A stretch of DNA of 64,000 nt. Source: Sphingomonadaceae bacterium. Its GTDB lineage: Bacteria > Pseudomonadota > Alphaproteobacteria > Sphingomonadales > Sphingomonadaceae. The stretch spans positions 7,485-71,484 of the forward strand of contig JBAYSX010000014.1 of NCBI GenBank assembly GCA_041675905.1. Reading direction: 5' to 3'. Shown here piece by piece: positions 50,113 through 59,731 of the stretch. Position 1 is the first letter of the stretch. Every line of letters starts with the position of its first letter. Under the pieces are notes generated by a model. The model worked only from the letters and a program-made list of their open reading frames with translations. It made no database searches and was not told the DNA's origin. Both the position numbers and the translations under genes were made by a program.

Positions 50113-50988
50113 TCAGAGTTTGGTCAGACCGGCCTTGTAGATGGGCTCGCCCGGAGCCAATGCGTGGAGGCGCGTTCGCACCTCCACATCGTCTTGCTCA
50201 CTGTAATTGTTCCTGGCGACCGTATCTGACCGGGGCTGGGGACGGACCGTGCGAACCACATCGTCCGCGACAATCCGCAGGGACAGGCTACGCCGCCGCC
50301 CGCCCGGGGGCGTGCCGCCGCCGCCATGGAGCGTACTCGTGTGGAAAATCAGCGCATCGCCGCGCTTCATAACACAGGTAACAATATCCCACTTGTCGCG
50401 TTCCGCCTGAATGTCCGGCATCCGTTGCAGTTTTGCCGCGTCATCATAAAAGGGCGCCGTATCATCATCCGGGGCGAAGGACGTTCCGTTATAGAGCGTG
50501 CCCTTGTGCGTGCCCGGTATTACTTCCAGCGCGGTCTCGGCGGAAATATCGTCCAGCGGGATCCACATGACCATCGTTCTGGGACCGTCGATCGGATGAT
50601 ATACTGTATCCTGATGCCACGGCGTGCGCCGGATCGGGCTATTCGCCCCTTCCTTGAAAAATAACTGGTCCTCATAGTGCCAGATATCGTCTGTTCCGTA
50701 GATCCGCTTTGCGATGTCAGCGATCGGCGTCTCGCGATACATTCTCTGAAATGCCGGCTTCTGGCTTGAATCTTCCTGCGACTGGATGAACACCCCGCCT
50801 TCCTCGGGATACAGGCGTTGCGCGACAGGTCCGGGGTTGTTCAGATTCCAGTTATAGGCATCTTCAATAACCTGCATGGCGGCTTCGTCGAAAGCGTCAG
50901 GGATGATGATGGCGCCATCTCTCTGAAATCGCTTATACAGTTCCTCGGCGTTGTCTTTACTGCATTGTATTCTTGCTTCGTTGGACAT
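50113..50988 (-). CDS. Phytanoyl-CoA dioxygenase (PhyH) family Fe(II)/2-oxoglutarate oxygenase
   Basis: FQRDGAIII, TPWHQD (HxD), MVMWIPLD, IPGTHK, FHTSTLHGGG, RRSLSLR. Confidence 0.88.
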   Translation of the reverse strand: MSNEARIQCSKDNAEELYKRFQRDGAIIIPDAFDEAAMQVIEDAYNWNLNNPGPVAQRLYPEEGGVFIQSQEDSSQKPAFQRMYRETPIADIAKRIYGTDDIWHYEDQLFFKEGANSPIRRTPWHQDTVYHPIDGPRTMVMWIPLDDISAETALEVIPGTHKGTLYNGTSFAPDDDTAPFYDDAAKLQRMPDIQAERDKWDIVTCVMKRGDALIFHTSTLHGGGGTPPGGRRRSLSLRIVADDVVRTVRPQPRSDTVARNNYSEQDDVEVRTRLHALAPGEPIYKAGLTKL

Positions 50989-51184
50989 GCACACCCTCCA
51001 AATCCAGTGCCAATGTATGCGCTACGCGTTGGCTTGTGAAGCAGGATTGGCCACTATCCCTATGTTCTTGCCATACGCATTCGGGAAGCAACAAGCCTCA
51101 ACCCAAAGGTGGATTGACGACCTCAATACCCTGCCGCATTGAAGATCACGCTTCTGCACAGCGTGTTTAAGGGGGACAGACAAG

Positions 51185-51580
51185 ATGATCGAACGTTCGA
51201 ATCCTGACGTGGGATATATATCACCCGACACCTTCAACGCCATCCGGATAAGTCAGGTTGTCAAGGCAAATGGACTGGTTCACTATTCCGGCATTGTTGC
51301 AGCGGGTCCGGATGGCTCCTGCGTAGCTCCCGGAGATGCCGCCCGGCAAATCACGTGGATTCTTGAGATCCTTCTCCGTCTTCTCAAAGAAGAAAATCTG
51401 ACGATGTCGAGCCTGATATCCACGACAGTTTTTACGACGGATATCGATACGATTTCGAATCATATGCAGATTTTTTCTGAGGCTTTCGATGAATCCCCGC
51501 CGACTTCAACCTGGGTTGAAGTGAAACGACTTGGACATCCGGATTATATTCTAGAACTTGTTGCCATTGCGGCAATTTAG
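51185..51580 (+). CDS. RidA/YjgF/UK114 family protein
   Basis: SQVVKANGLVHYSG, PPTSTWVEVKRLGHPDYILELVAIA; AAGGGG RBS. Confidence 0.85.
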   Translation: MIERSNPDVGYISPDTFNAIRISQVVKANGLVHYSGIVAAGPDGSCVAPGDAARQITWILEILLRLLKEENLTMSSLISTTVFTTDIDTISNHMQIFSEAFDESPPTSTWVEVKRLGHPDYILELVAIAAI

Positions 51581-52027
51581 GCCGTATTACGCCAGACTTC
51601 ATTTATAATCGCATCTCGAACGGGGCCGCCGATCGAGCGCGGCGAGAGACCCGAACGCTCAGGGCGCATCCGTCTGATCGATATATGCACGCGGCGGGAA
51701 TCCCCGAACCAAAACATCACGCATCTGGATGCGGGCAGAAGATGATTTGCCAGTCCGCCGTGCCAAAACTGCCCGTTCAGGGGATCGCAATTTGACAGAT
51801 CCGGAGCAGGGCGCATGCGATTCCACACGATGCGACACAACCCAAAGTTGTTGCCGGAAAGGAAAAGCTTTGCGGCAGGGCGCTTTGCATCTGTGTCCGG
51901 ATCGGCTAAAGCCGCGGTTTATTTGCGGCCTGGTGCCCCGGCGGGTTGTCAAGGTACGTCGTGGGTGTGCCGACGTCCTGCCCGCTGGCGCCGGCTTCGT
52001 TTCATCCGGTCGTTGGGAGAAATAGAT

Positions 52028-52840
52028 ATGAGCGAAACTGGCGCCGAAGTCATGACACTTGAGCCCAACACAGCCCTGTCGGTTGAAGAAGTGCTGTCCG
52101 TCCATCACTGGAATGAGCATCTCTTCAGCTTCACCATCACCCGTCCGTCGAGCTTCCGTTTTCGCTCCGGCGAGTTTGTGATGATCGGGTTGCCCGGCGA
52201 AAAGAAACCGATTCTGCGCGCCTATTCCATTGCGAGCCCCGCCTGGGCCGATCATCTCGCCTTTTTGTCTATCGCGGTGGATGATGGGCCGCTGACGTCG
52301 AAACTCCGGCATATCCAGCCGGGCGAGCAGCTGTATCTGGGCCGCAAGCCGACGGGCACCCTTGTCACCGATGCGCTGCTGCCGGGGAAACGGCTGTTCA
52401 TGCTTTCATCGGGCACCGGCCTCGCCCCGTTTCTCAGCCTGATTCACGATCCTGATACCTATCAACTGTTTGAACAGGTGGTCGTCGTCCATTCGGTGCG
52501 CAATGTCGCCGATCTGGCGTTTCGCGAAGAACTGGAAAGTCAGCTGGCGGATGACCCGCTGGTCAGTGAGGAAGCGCTGGTGCAGCTTTCCTATTTCCCG
52601 ACCGTCACGCGGGAAGCATTTCATACGACAGGTCGCATCGACAAACATATTGCCGACGGCACGCTGTTCGCTGGCTTGAACGGACCCGCCCGGTTCGATC
52701 CCGAGACAGATCGTGTGATGCTGTGCGGCAGCATGAACATGATTCGCGATCTGGCCGCGCTGCTCGACGCGGCAGGTCTCGAAGAAGGGTCCAACTCCCG
52801 CCCCGGCCATTATGTCATCGAGCGCGCCTTCGTCGGTTGA
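52028..52840 (+). CDS. fpr: Ferredoxin(flavodoxin)-NADP+ reductase, bacterial subclass I
   Basis: FRSGEFVMIG, RAYSIASP, GPLTSKL, SGTGLAPF, MLCGS, C-terminal ERAFVG. Confidence 0.93.
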   Translation: MSETGAEVMTLEPNTALSVEEVLSVHHWNEHLFSFTITRPSSFRFRSGEFVMIGLPGEKKPILRAYSIASPAWADHLAFLSIAVDDGPLTSKLRHIQPGEQLYLGRKPTGTLVTDALLPGKRLFMLSSGTGLAPFLSLIHDPDTYQLFEQVVVVHSVRNVADLAFREELESQLADDPLVSEEALVQLSYFPTVTREAFHTTGRIDKHIADGTLFAGLNGPARFDPETDRVMLCGSMNMIRDLAALLDAAGLEEGSNSRPGHYVIERAFVG

Positions 52841-52850
52841 AATAGGGCCA

Positions 52851-52875
52851 GCCCCGCTTTCGAGCGGCGCTTTTT
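52851..52875 (+). terminator. Intrinsic terminator of fpr
   Basis: CCGCT-TTCG-AGCGG stem-loop followed by TTTTT. Confidence 0.7.
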
Positions 52876-53178
52876 AATCTCCGCCGCCAACTCATTGGCG
52901 GCAATAGCGAAACTTCTTCCAGCCCGTTTCCAGGCGGCCTGCCCCTGCAATCGGGCTTGCCTATTCCGCCAATATGGCACAATCAGTAGTTGGTCGTGTC
53001 GATGAAATACGCTATCCTTTGTAGGTGGTGGCGTTTCATGCGGTCGATACATTTTCGTCATCCGGTCGCAATGCGGGTCTGACGGGGCTATATTGCTGAA
53101 TCCTGCAATCGACGGATTCGGCCTGCTCCTGCAGTCCCCGAAGATCGATGGCAGATGGGCAATGAGGAAGGCAGACGA

Positions 53179-55053
53179 ATGGATTTTCAGCGCGATCAGG
53201 GCAGCCACGCCGCCGAGGCCGTTACCCCCGAAGTCCCGGCGACCCATGCTATCTATGGTCCGCGCTTCCCGATCCGGATCGATCATGCGCGCGACTCGAA
53301 GCTGACGGAATTTGGCAAGGAAACGCTGCGGGATCGCTATCTGTTGCCCGGCGAAGGACCGCAGGATCTGTTCGCCCGTGTCGCTGCCGCATATGCCGAC
53401 GACGCCGAACATGCGCAGCGGCTTTATGATTATATCTCCGGCCTGTGGTTCATGCCGGCAACGCCCATCCTGTCCAACGGTGGCACCGGGCGCGGCCTGC
53501 CGATCAGCTGCTATCTCAATTCCGTGCCGGACAGCCTGGAAGGCATCCTCGACACCTGGAACGAAAATGTCTGGCTGGCGTCGCGCGGCGGCGGCATCGG
53601 CACCTATTGGGGCCGGGTGCGCGGCATTGGCGAGCCAGTGGGCCTGAACGGTAAGACTTCGGGAATCATCCCGTTCGTGCGCGTGATGGATTCACTGACG
53701 CTGGCCATCAGCCAGGGCAGTCTGCGGCGCGGTTCCGCCGCCGTCTATCTCGATATCTCCCATCCGGAGATTGAGGAATTTCTCGAAATCCGCAAAACCA
53801 GCGGCGATTTCAACCGGAAAGCGCTCAATCTGCACCACGGGGTGCTGATTACCGACGCCTTCATGAACGCAGTGCGCAATGGCGAACCCTTCGACCTCGT
53901 CTCACCGAAAACCGGCGACGTGCGCGGAACCGTGGATGCGCGCGCGCTGTTCCAGAAGCTGGTCGAGGTGCGGCTGGCGACCGGCGAGCCGTATATCGTC
54001 TTCATCGACCATGTGAATCGCACCATGCCCAAACATCATCGCGATCTGGGCCTCAAGGTGACGACCTCCAACCTGTGTTCAGAGATTACGCTGCCCACCG
54101 GGCCGGACCATCTCGGCAACGATCGTACGGCGGTTTGCTGCCTGTCCAGCCTCAATCTCGAAACCTGGGACGAGTGGAACGGCGACCGGCGCTTTATCGA
54201 GGATGTCATGCGCTTCCTCGACAATGTGCTGAGCGATTATATCGCGCGCGCGTCCGACGAAATGAGCCGCGCCCGCTATGCGGCGATGCGGGAGCGGTCG
54301 GTCGGTCTTGGGGTCATGGGGCTGCACAGCTTCTATCAGGCGCGCAATTTACCGTTCGAATCTGCGATGGCGAAATCGTGGAATCTCAAGATGTTCCGCC
54401 ATATCCGCGAAAAGGTGGACGAGGCCTCCATGCTGCTCGCCGCCGAGCGTGGCCCGTGCCCGGACGCCGAGGAAATGGGCGTGATGGAGCGGTTTTCCTG
54501 CAAGATGGCGATTGCGCCGACGGCGTCGATCAGCATCATCTGCGGCGGCACGTCCGCCTGTATCGAACCGATCCCGGCCAATATCTATACGCACAAGACG
54601 CTGTCGGGCAGCTTTGTCGTCAGGAACCCCCATCTCGAACGGTTACTGATTGAGAAATCGCGCAACAGCGAGAGCGTGTGGAGCTCGATTCTGGAACAGG
54701 GCGGTTCAGTCCAGCATCTCGATTTCCTCAGCGTCGATGAAAAGGCCACCTACCGCACCGCATTCGAAATCGACCAGCGCTGGATGCTGGAACTGGCCGG
54801 CGACCGTACGCCTTATATCGATCAGGCGCAGTCGCTGAATCTGTATCTGCCCGCCGATATCGAGAAATGGGATTTGCTGATGCTGCATTTCCGCGCGTGG
54901 GAACTGGGCATCAAATCGCTCTATTATCTGCGGTCCAAATCGATCCAGCGCGCCGGTTTCGCCGGCGCCGATGGCGGAGTGGAGGCCGACAACACGCCCG
55001 ACCTGCGCCGCATCGAAGTCACCGACTATGATGAATGTCTGGCCTGCCAATAA
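53179..55053 (+). CDS. nrdA: Class I ribonucleotide reductase alpha subunit (no ATP cone)
   Basis: PATPILSNGG, PISCYL, TSNLCSEI (catalytic Cys), MAIAPTASIS, QAQSLN, KSLYYLR, C-terminal CLAC. Confidence 0.95.
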   Translation: MDFQRDQGSHAAEAVTPEVPATHAIYGPRFPIRIDHARDSKLTEFGKETLRDRYLLPGEGPQDLFARVAAAYADDAEHAQRLYDYISGLWFMPATPILSNGGTGRGLPISCYLNSVPDSLEGILDTWNENVWLASRGGGIGTYWGRVRGIGEPVGLNGKTSGIIPFVRVMDSLTLAISQGSLRRGSAAVYLDISHPEIEEFLEIRKTSGDFNRKALNLHHGVLITDAFMNAVRNGEPFDLVSPKTGDVRGTVDARALFQKLVEVRLATGEPYIVFIDHVNRTMPKHHRDLGLKVTTSNLCSEITLPTGPDHLGNDRTAVCCLSSLNLETWDEWNGDRRFIEDVMRFLDNVLSDYIARASDEMSRARYAAMRERSVGLGVMGLHSFYQARNLPFESAMAKSWNLKMFRHIREKVDEASMLLAAERGPCPDAEEMGVMERFSCKMAIAPTASISIICGGTSACIEPIPANIYTHKTLSGSFVVRNPHLERLLIEKSRNSESVWSSILEQGGSVQHLDFLSVDEKATYRTAFEIDQRWMLELAGDRTPYIDQAQSLNLYLPADIEKWDLLMLHFRAWELGIKSLYYLRSKSIQRAGFAGADGGVEADNTPDLRRIEVTDYDECLACQ

Positions 55054-55062
55054 CAAAATAAA

Positions 55063-55100
55063 GGGGGTGAAGGGGCCTCAGACCCCTTCCCGCCGGAGGC
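55063..55100. repeat. Possible REP-like palindromic element between nrdA and nrdB
   Basis: GAAGGGG-CCTCAGA-CCCCTTC hairpin followed by CCGCCGGAGGC; single copy in this window. Confidence 0.35.
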
Positions 55101-55133
55101 ATCTTCCTGCCTTCCTGATTTCCGGAGTCTCCC

Positions 55134-56183
55134 ATGTCCCTGCTTGAATCTTCCCGCATTTACAAACCCTTCGAATACCCATGGGCCTTCGAATATTGGA
55201 AAAAACAGCAGCAATTGCACTGGCTGCCCGAAGAAGTTCCTCTGGGCGAGGACTGCCGGGACTGGGCGCAAAAGCTGACGGAGAATGAGCGCAATCTGCT
55301 GATGCAGATTTTCCGCTTTTTCACCCAGGCCGATGTGGAAGTGCAGGATTGCTACCACGAAAAATACGGCAGGGTCTTCAAGCCCACCGAAGTGAAGATG
55401 ATGCTGACGGCATTCTCAAATATGGAAACCATCCATATTGCCGCCTACAGCCATCTTCTCGATACGGTCGGGATGCCGGAATCCGAATATTCCGCTTTCC
55501 TTTCGTACAAGGAAATGCGGGACAAGCATGATTATCTGTCGACCTTTGGCGTCGATTCCGATGCCGATATTGCCCGGACGCTGGCGATGTTCGGCGGCTT
55601 CACCGAAGGTGTACAGTTATTCGCCAGCTTTGCGATGCTGATGAACTTCCCGCGCTTCAACAAGATGAAGGGCATGGGGCAGATCATCAGTTGGTCGGTC
55701 CGCGATGAAAGCCTGCATTGCGAAGGCATTACCCGGCTGTTCCACGCCTTTTGTGCCGAGCGCCAGTGCCTGACGCAGAGCGTGAAGGACGATATTCTGG
55801 ACATGTGCCAGAAGACTATCCGGCTGGAAGACGCTTTCATCGATCTCGCGTTCGAAATGGGCGCGGTTACCGGCATGACGCCGACGGACGTAAAGAAATA
55901 TATCCGCTTCATCGCCGACTGGCGGCTGAAGCAACTCGGCCTGAAACCGATTTACCTGATCGACGAGCATCCGCTGCCGTGGCTGCAACCGCTGCTGAAC
56001 GGCGTGGAACATGCCAATTTCTTTGAAACCCGCGCCACCGAATATTCCAAGGCCGCCACTAAGGGCAATTGGAACGAGGTATGGGAAACTTTCGACCAGC
56101 GCCAGTCCGCGCGCGTACCCGTGGTCGCCAACGATCTGGCCGAAATGCCCGATTTTCTCGGGAACGCCCATCACGGAAAGTGA
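55134..56183 (+). CDS. nrdB: Class I ribonucleotide reductase beta subunit
   Basis: HWLPEEV, FFTQAD, ETIHIAAY (metal ligands plus radical Tyr), EGVQLF, RDESLH, NFFETRATEY. Confidence 0.95.
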   Translation: MSLLESSRIYKPFEYPWAFEYWKKQQQLHWLPEEVPLGEDCRDWAQKLTENERNLLMQIFRFFTQADVEVQDCYHEKYGRVFKPTEVKMMLTAFSNMETIHIAAYSHLLDTVGMPESEYSAFLSYKEMRDKHDYLSTFGVDSDADIARTLAMFGGFTEGVQLFASFAMLMNFPRFNKMKGMGQIISWSVRDESLHCEGITRLFHAFCAERQCLTQSVKDDILDMCQKTIRLEDAFIDLAFEMGAVTGMTPTDVKKYIRFIADWRLKQLGLKPIYLIDEHPLPWLQPLLNGVEHANFFETRATEYSKAATKGNWNEVWETFDQRQSARVPVVANDLAEMPDFLGNAHHGK

Positions 56184-56326
56184 CCGCGGCAGAATATTCC
56201 GTGATCGGCGCCACTGTCTAAAATAAATGCCTAATATTTGTTATGTATTTAGAATTTAGTTGCGCGATCGTCATGTAACTATATACCCTATGCAGGCTTG
56301 TAATTTCTTACAGTGGGCATAGGGGT

Positions 56327-57115
56327 ATGCACATGGGGTTGCTGGTCGACTGGGTTAAATCCAACTATTCTCTTTATAGCGCGGCAAAAATCGCCCGCGA
56401 CTTCAGGAGTTTTCCGTCATTATCTCCCGATTCAATGAAGGTGATAGGGAAAATCTGGAAAATATATCCCAGCACGATGTTGCCGCCCGCGTGACTTTAC
56501 AATTTGTGCCAGTCCATAGGCACTATCCATGCCGAAGCGATTCCCGGCGATATTGTGGAATGTGGCGTATGGAGTGGTGGATCTCTGGCGCTCGCGGCCC
56601 TGTGGGATCTGCAATACTCTGACAGCAAGCGTATCTATCACGCATTCGACAGTTTTGAGGGCTTGCCGCCGCCGACGGAAGATGATGGCGCAGTCTTTGA
56701 AAACTTCAACACCAACAGCCGCAAGAAAAATCGCATCGCAACACAGAAATTGCAGAAAACCGGCGTATGTGCGGGTGACAGTGCGGATACCGTCCGAATG
56801 TTCTTCCACAAACTCGGGATCCCGGCAGACCGCAGCCGTTTCCATGTTGGCTGGTTTCAGGACACCGTACCTGCGGCCGCTCGCGAAATCGGCCCCTTGT
56901 CTATCCTCCGCATCGATGGCGATTGGTATGACAGCACGAAAGTATGCCTCGATCATTTGTATGACATTGTTTCTCCTGGAGGATATGTCATCGTTGACGA
57001 TTATGGCTGCTTTTCGGGCTGCAAACGGGCAGTGGATGAGTTTATGGCAATGTACAACATAAAGGCTCAGCTAACGTTTGTGGACGATCATTGCGTCTGG
57101 TTCCGCAAGCCCTGA
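56327..57115 (+). pseudogene. TylF/MycF/NovP-like O-methyltransferase interrupted by an in-frame TGA
   Basis: Frame from ATG 56327 reads ...PSTMLPPA*LYNLCQS..GDIVECGVWSGGS..FDSFEGLP..GWFQDT..RIDGDWYDS..GGYVIVDDY; TGA at 56492-56494. Confidence 0.8.
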
Positions 57116-57240
57116 AGCAGTTTTTTCTGATCGCACTTCTGGCTGAAAGAAAAGGCGGGGCACCATCTGCATCGCCCTTTTCGTAATACGGACCCTGTCT
57201 CCCTCTTGCGCGGTAGCGCCATCCCCGCCATATGCCCTGC

Positions 57241-57333
57241 GGGAGCCGGAGCGGGCAGGCCATTCGCCAACCCGGTCAGGTCCGGAAGGAAGCAGCCGCA
57301 ACGATTCCGGTCTGGGTCGCCCCGGTTCCCACC
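57241..57333 (+). ncRNA. ffs: Signal recognition particle RNA (4.5S)
   Basis: Domain IV motif CCGGTCAGGTCCGGAAGGAAGCAGCCG; terminal pairing GGGAGCCGG/CCGGTTCCC and CAGGCC/GGTCTG; upstream CTTGCG-N18-CATATG promoter-like element. Confidence 0.92.
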
Positions 57334-57334
57334 C

Positions 57335-58237
57335 TCATGCTTCGGTCAGCCGCCGCTCTTGCGACAGGCGCAGCATTTCCTTCTGCAATTTATCGAACGC
57401 CCGCACCTCGATCTGACGCACGCGTTCGCGGCTGATGTCATAAACCTGACTCAGGGCTTCCAGAGTCTGGGGTTCGTCCACCAGTCGTCGTTCGGTGAGG
57501 ATATGCCGCTCCCGGTCGTTCAGACCGCTCATCGCTTCCCGCAGCAGGTCGTGGCGAATGTCGGCTTCCTCGCGCTCGGCCACCAGTACATCCTGCGTCG
57601 GGCCGTCGTCCTGCAGCCAGTCCTGCCATTCGCCCTCGCCTTCCTCGCGCAGGGGCGCGTTCAGGCTGGTGTCGCCGCCTTTTGCCATGCGGCGGTTCAT
57701 GGACACCACATCCTGCTCGCTGACGCCGAGATCGGTGGCGATCTTTTGCACATCCTCGGGCTTCAGATCGCCTTCGTCGATCGCCTGCAGCTGATTTTTC
57801 ATGCGCCGCAGGTTGAAGAACAGCTTCTTCTGCGCCGCCGTCGTGCCGATTTTCACCAGCGACCAGCTGCGCAGGATATATTCCTGGATCGACGCCTTGA
57901 TCCACCACATGGCGTAGGTGGCGAGGCGGAAACCACGTTCGGGCTCGAACTTCTTCACGCCCTGCATCAGGCCGATATTGCCCTCGCCGATCAGCTCGGC
58001 CACCGGCAGGCCATAGCCCCGGTAGCCCATGGCGATCCGTGCCACCAGGCGCAAATGCGAGGTGACCAGTTTCGTCCCGGCTTCCGGGTCCTGATGTTCC
58101 TGCCAGCGTTTCGCCAGCATATATTCCTCATCCGGCTCCAGCAGCGGAAACTTGCGTATTTCCGACAAATAGCGATTCAGGCTCGCTTCAGGGCCAAGAG
58201 CCGGAATACTCTGCGGCAGATTGGTATTGTTTGTCAC
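57335..58237 (-). CDS. rpoH: RNA polymerase sigma-32 factor
   Basis: SHLRLVARIA, GNIGLMQGVKKFEP, RLATYAMWWIKA, RpoH box KKLFFNLRRMK, ISRERVRQIE. Confidence 0.96.
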   Translation of the reverse strand: MTNNTNLPQSIPALGPEASLNRYLSEIRKFPLLEPDEEYMLAKRWQEHQDPEAGTKLVTSHLRLVARIAMGYRGYGLPVAELIGEGNIGLMQGVKKFEPERGFRLATYAMWWIKASIQEYILRSWSLVKIGTTAAQKKLFFNLRRMKNQLQAIDEGDLKPEDVQKIATDLGVSEQDVVSMNRRMAKGGDTSLNAPLREEGEGEWQDWLQDDGPTQDVLVAEREEADIRHDLLREAMSGLNDRERHILTERRLVDEPQTLEALSQVYDISRERVRQIEVRAFDKLQKEMLRLSQERRLTEA

Positions 58238-58264
58238 AGGCTCCTCCCTGATTGCAAAGTTCCA

Positions 58265-59245
58265 TTAAAGCAACAATCGGCTTACGAGAGCCTGAATATC
58301 TTCGGGAACGTCGCTCTCATAATAATGTTCCGCCCCGGTAACCGGGTGCAGGAAGCGCAGACTTTGCGCATGCAGCGCCTGACGGTGGAAATCCAGTTCG
58401 CGGCAAATATCCGCGAAACGCCCCTGCCCATATACCGGATCGCCCACCAATGGGTAGCCCAGATGCGCCATATGCACCCGTACCTGATGAGTGCGCCCGG
58501 TTTCCAGCCGGCATTCAACCATTGCGGCGCGCTTCAGCGCCTGCATCAGGCGATAATGGGTGATGGCGCGCTTGCCCTTCGGTGGACGAACCACGGCGAC
58601 TTTCTGCCGGTTCGCATCCGACCGCGCCAGATTGGTTTCAATCCGCCCGGCGGGAGGCGTCGGCAAGCCCGCCACCACAGCCAGATAGCTGCGCCCGATC
58701 GTATGCCTGGCAAACTGCGCCGCAAGACCTGCATGCGCACGATCCGTCTTGGCAACGACCAGCAGGCCCGATGTGCCCTTGTCGATCCGGTGGACGATGC
58801 CAGGACGCGCAACGCCGCCAATGCCGGATAGTCTGCCATGACAATGGTGCAGCAGGGCATTCACCAGCGTACCATCGAGATTTCCGGCGGCCGGATGCAC
58901 CACCATCCCCGCCGGTTTGTCCACGATCAGCAGATGCTCGTCCTCAAAAACGATATGCAGCGGGATATCTTCCGCCTGCGCCGCCGCCGGGCGGGGATCA
59001 GGGATCCGCACGACGATTTCCTCGCCGCCTTTCACCTTCAGCGCCGGGTCGCGCAGCAGGCGGCCATTCAGGCTTACCTCGCCGGCGGAAACCAGCGCCT
59101 TCAATCGCTCGCGCGACAGGGTCGGCAACATGGTTGCCAGCGCGCGATCGAGTCGCCAGCCCGCCATGTCTGCGGACAATACCACTTTCCGCACACTGCC
59201 GGTGTCGCCCGTATCCGGGTCCTCTGCTATCGGTTCCCCTTTCAT
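58265..59245 (-). CDS. rluD: RluA-family 23S rRNA pseudouridine synthase (RluD)
   Basis: S4 domain RLDRAL...SRERLK, VDKPAGMVVHP, GIVHRIDKGTSG, LETGRTHQVRVH. Confidence 0.93.
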   Translation of the reverse strand: MKGEPIAEDPDTGDTGSVRKVVLSADMAGWRLDRALATMLPTLSRERLKALVSAGEVSLNGRLLRDPALKVKGGEEIVVRIPDPRPAAAQAEDIPLHIVFEDEHLLIVDKPAGMVVHPAAGNLDGTLVNALLHHCHGRLSGIGGVARPGIVHRIDKGTSGLLVVAKTDRAHAGLAAQFARHTIGRSYLAVVAGLPTPPAGRIETNLARSDANRQKVAVVRPPKGKRAITHYRLMQALKRAAMVECRLETGRTHQVRVHMAHLGYPLVGDPVYGQGRFADICRELDFHRQALHAQSLRFLHPVTGAEHYYESDVPEDIQALVSRLLL

Positions 59246-59271
59246 GGCAGCGGCATGTTGGACAATAGGCA

Positions 59272-59682
59272 GTGATTTCAAGAGTGAATCTGACAGGTGC
59301 GACAGCGGCAACCATCCGCGCCGCCGTCCATGAAACGCCTGATATCGAAGCCTGCGGCATGTTATTTGGCCTATCGGCTTCCGGTGTCCTCCATGTAAAC
59401 TCGGCCTCGCGCGCAAAAAACATCGCGGCCCGACCATGGAATCGCTTTGAAATTGCGCCCGAACATCTGTTCGATGCCCAACGCCGCCATAGGGCGGGTC
59501 CGCCCTGGCTCGTCGGCATCTGGCACAGTCATCCGAATGGCGACCCCACCCCGAGCCGCTATGATGCCGCCCGCATTACCGACCGTAACTGGCTATGGCT
59601 CATCGCTACCCGGACCGCAATCGCTGCCTGGGTACCGGATGGTGAAGGCTTCCGCCCTGTGCCGCTCGCAATATTGCTGTAA
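59272..59682 (+). CDS. JAB/MPN+ (M67) metallopeptidase
   Basis: EACGML and WHSHPNGDPTPSRYD (JAMM motif). Confidence 0.85.
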   Translation: MISRVNLTGATAATIRAAVHETPDIEACGMLFGLSASGVLHVNSASRAKNIAARPWNRFEIAPEHLFDAQRRHRAGPPWLVGIWHSHPNGDPTPSRYDAARITDRNWLWLIATRTAIAAWVPDGEGFRPVPLAILL

Positions 59683-59731
59683 TCAACCAGTCTGCTATGC
59701 TCTCTCCCCGTTAAGAATTGGTCAGGAGCCG

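Noticed and set aside
52810-53061. 83-codon minus-strand ORF between fpr and nrdA
   Set aside because: No RBS and no recognisable domain; it overlaps the fpr terminator and the nrdA promoter.
56184-57333. ffs as the integration site of the TylF islet
   Set aside because: The islet is on the 5' side of ffs; there is no duplicated 3' end and no integrase.
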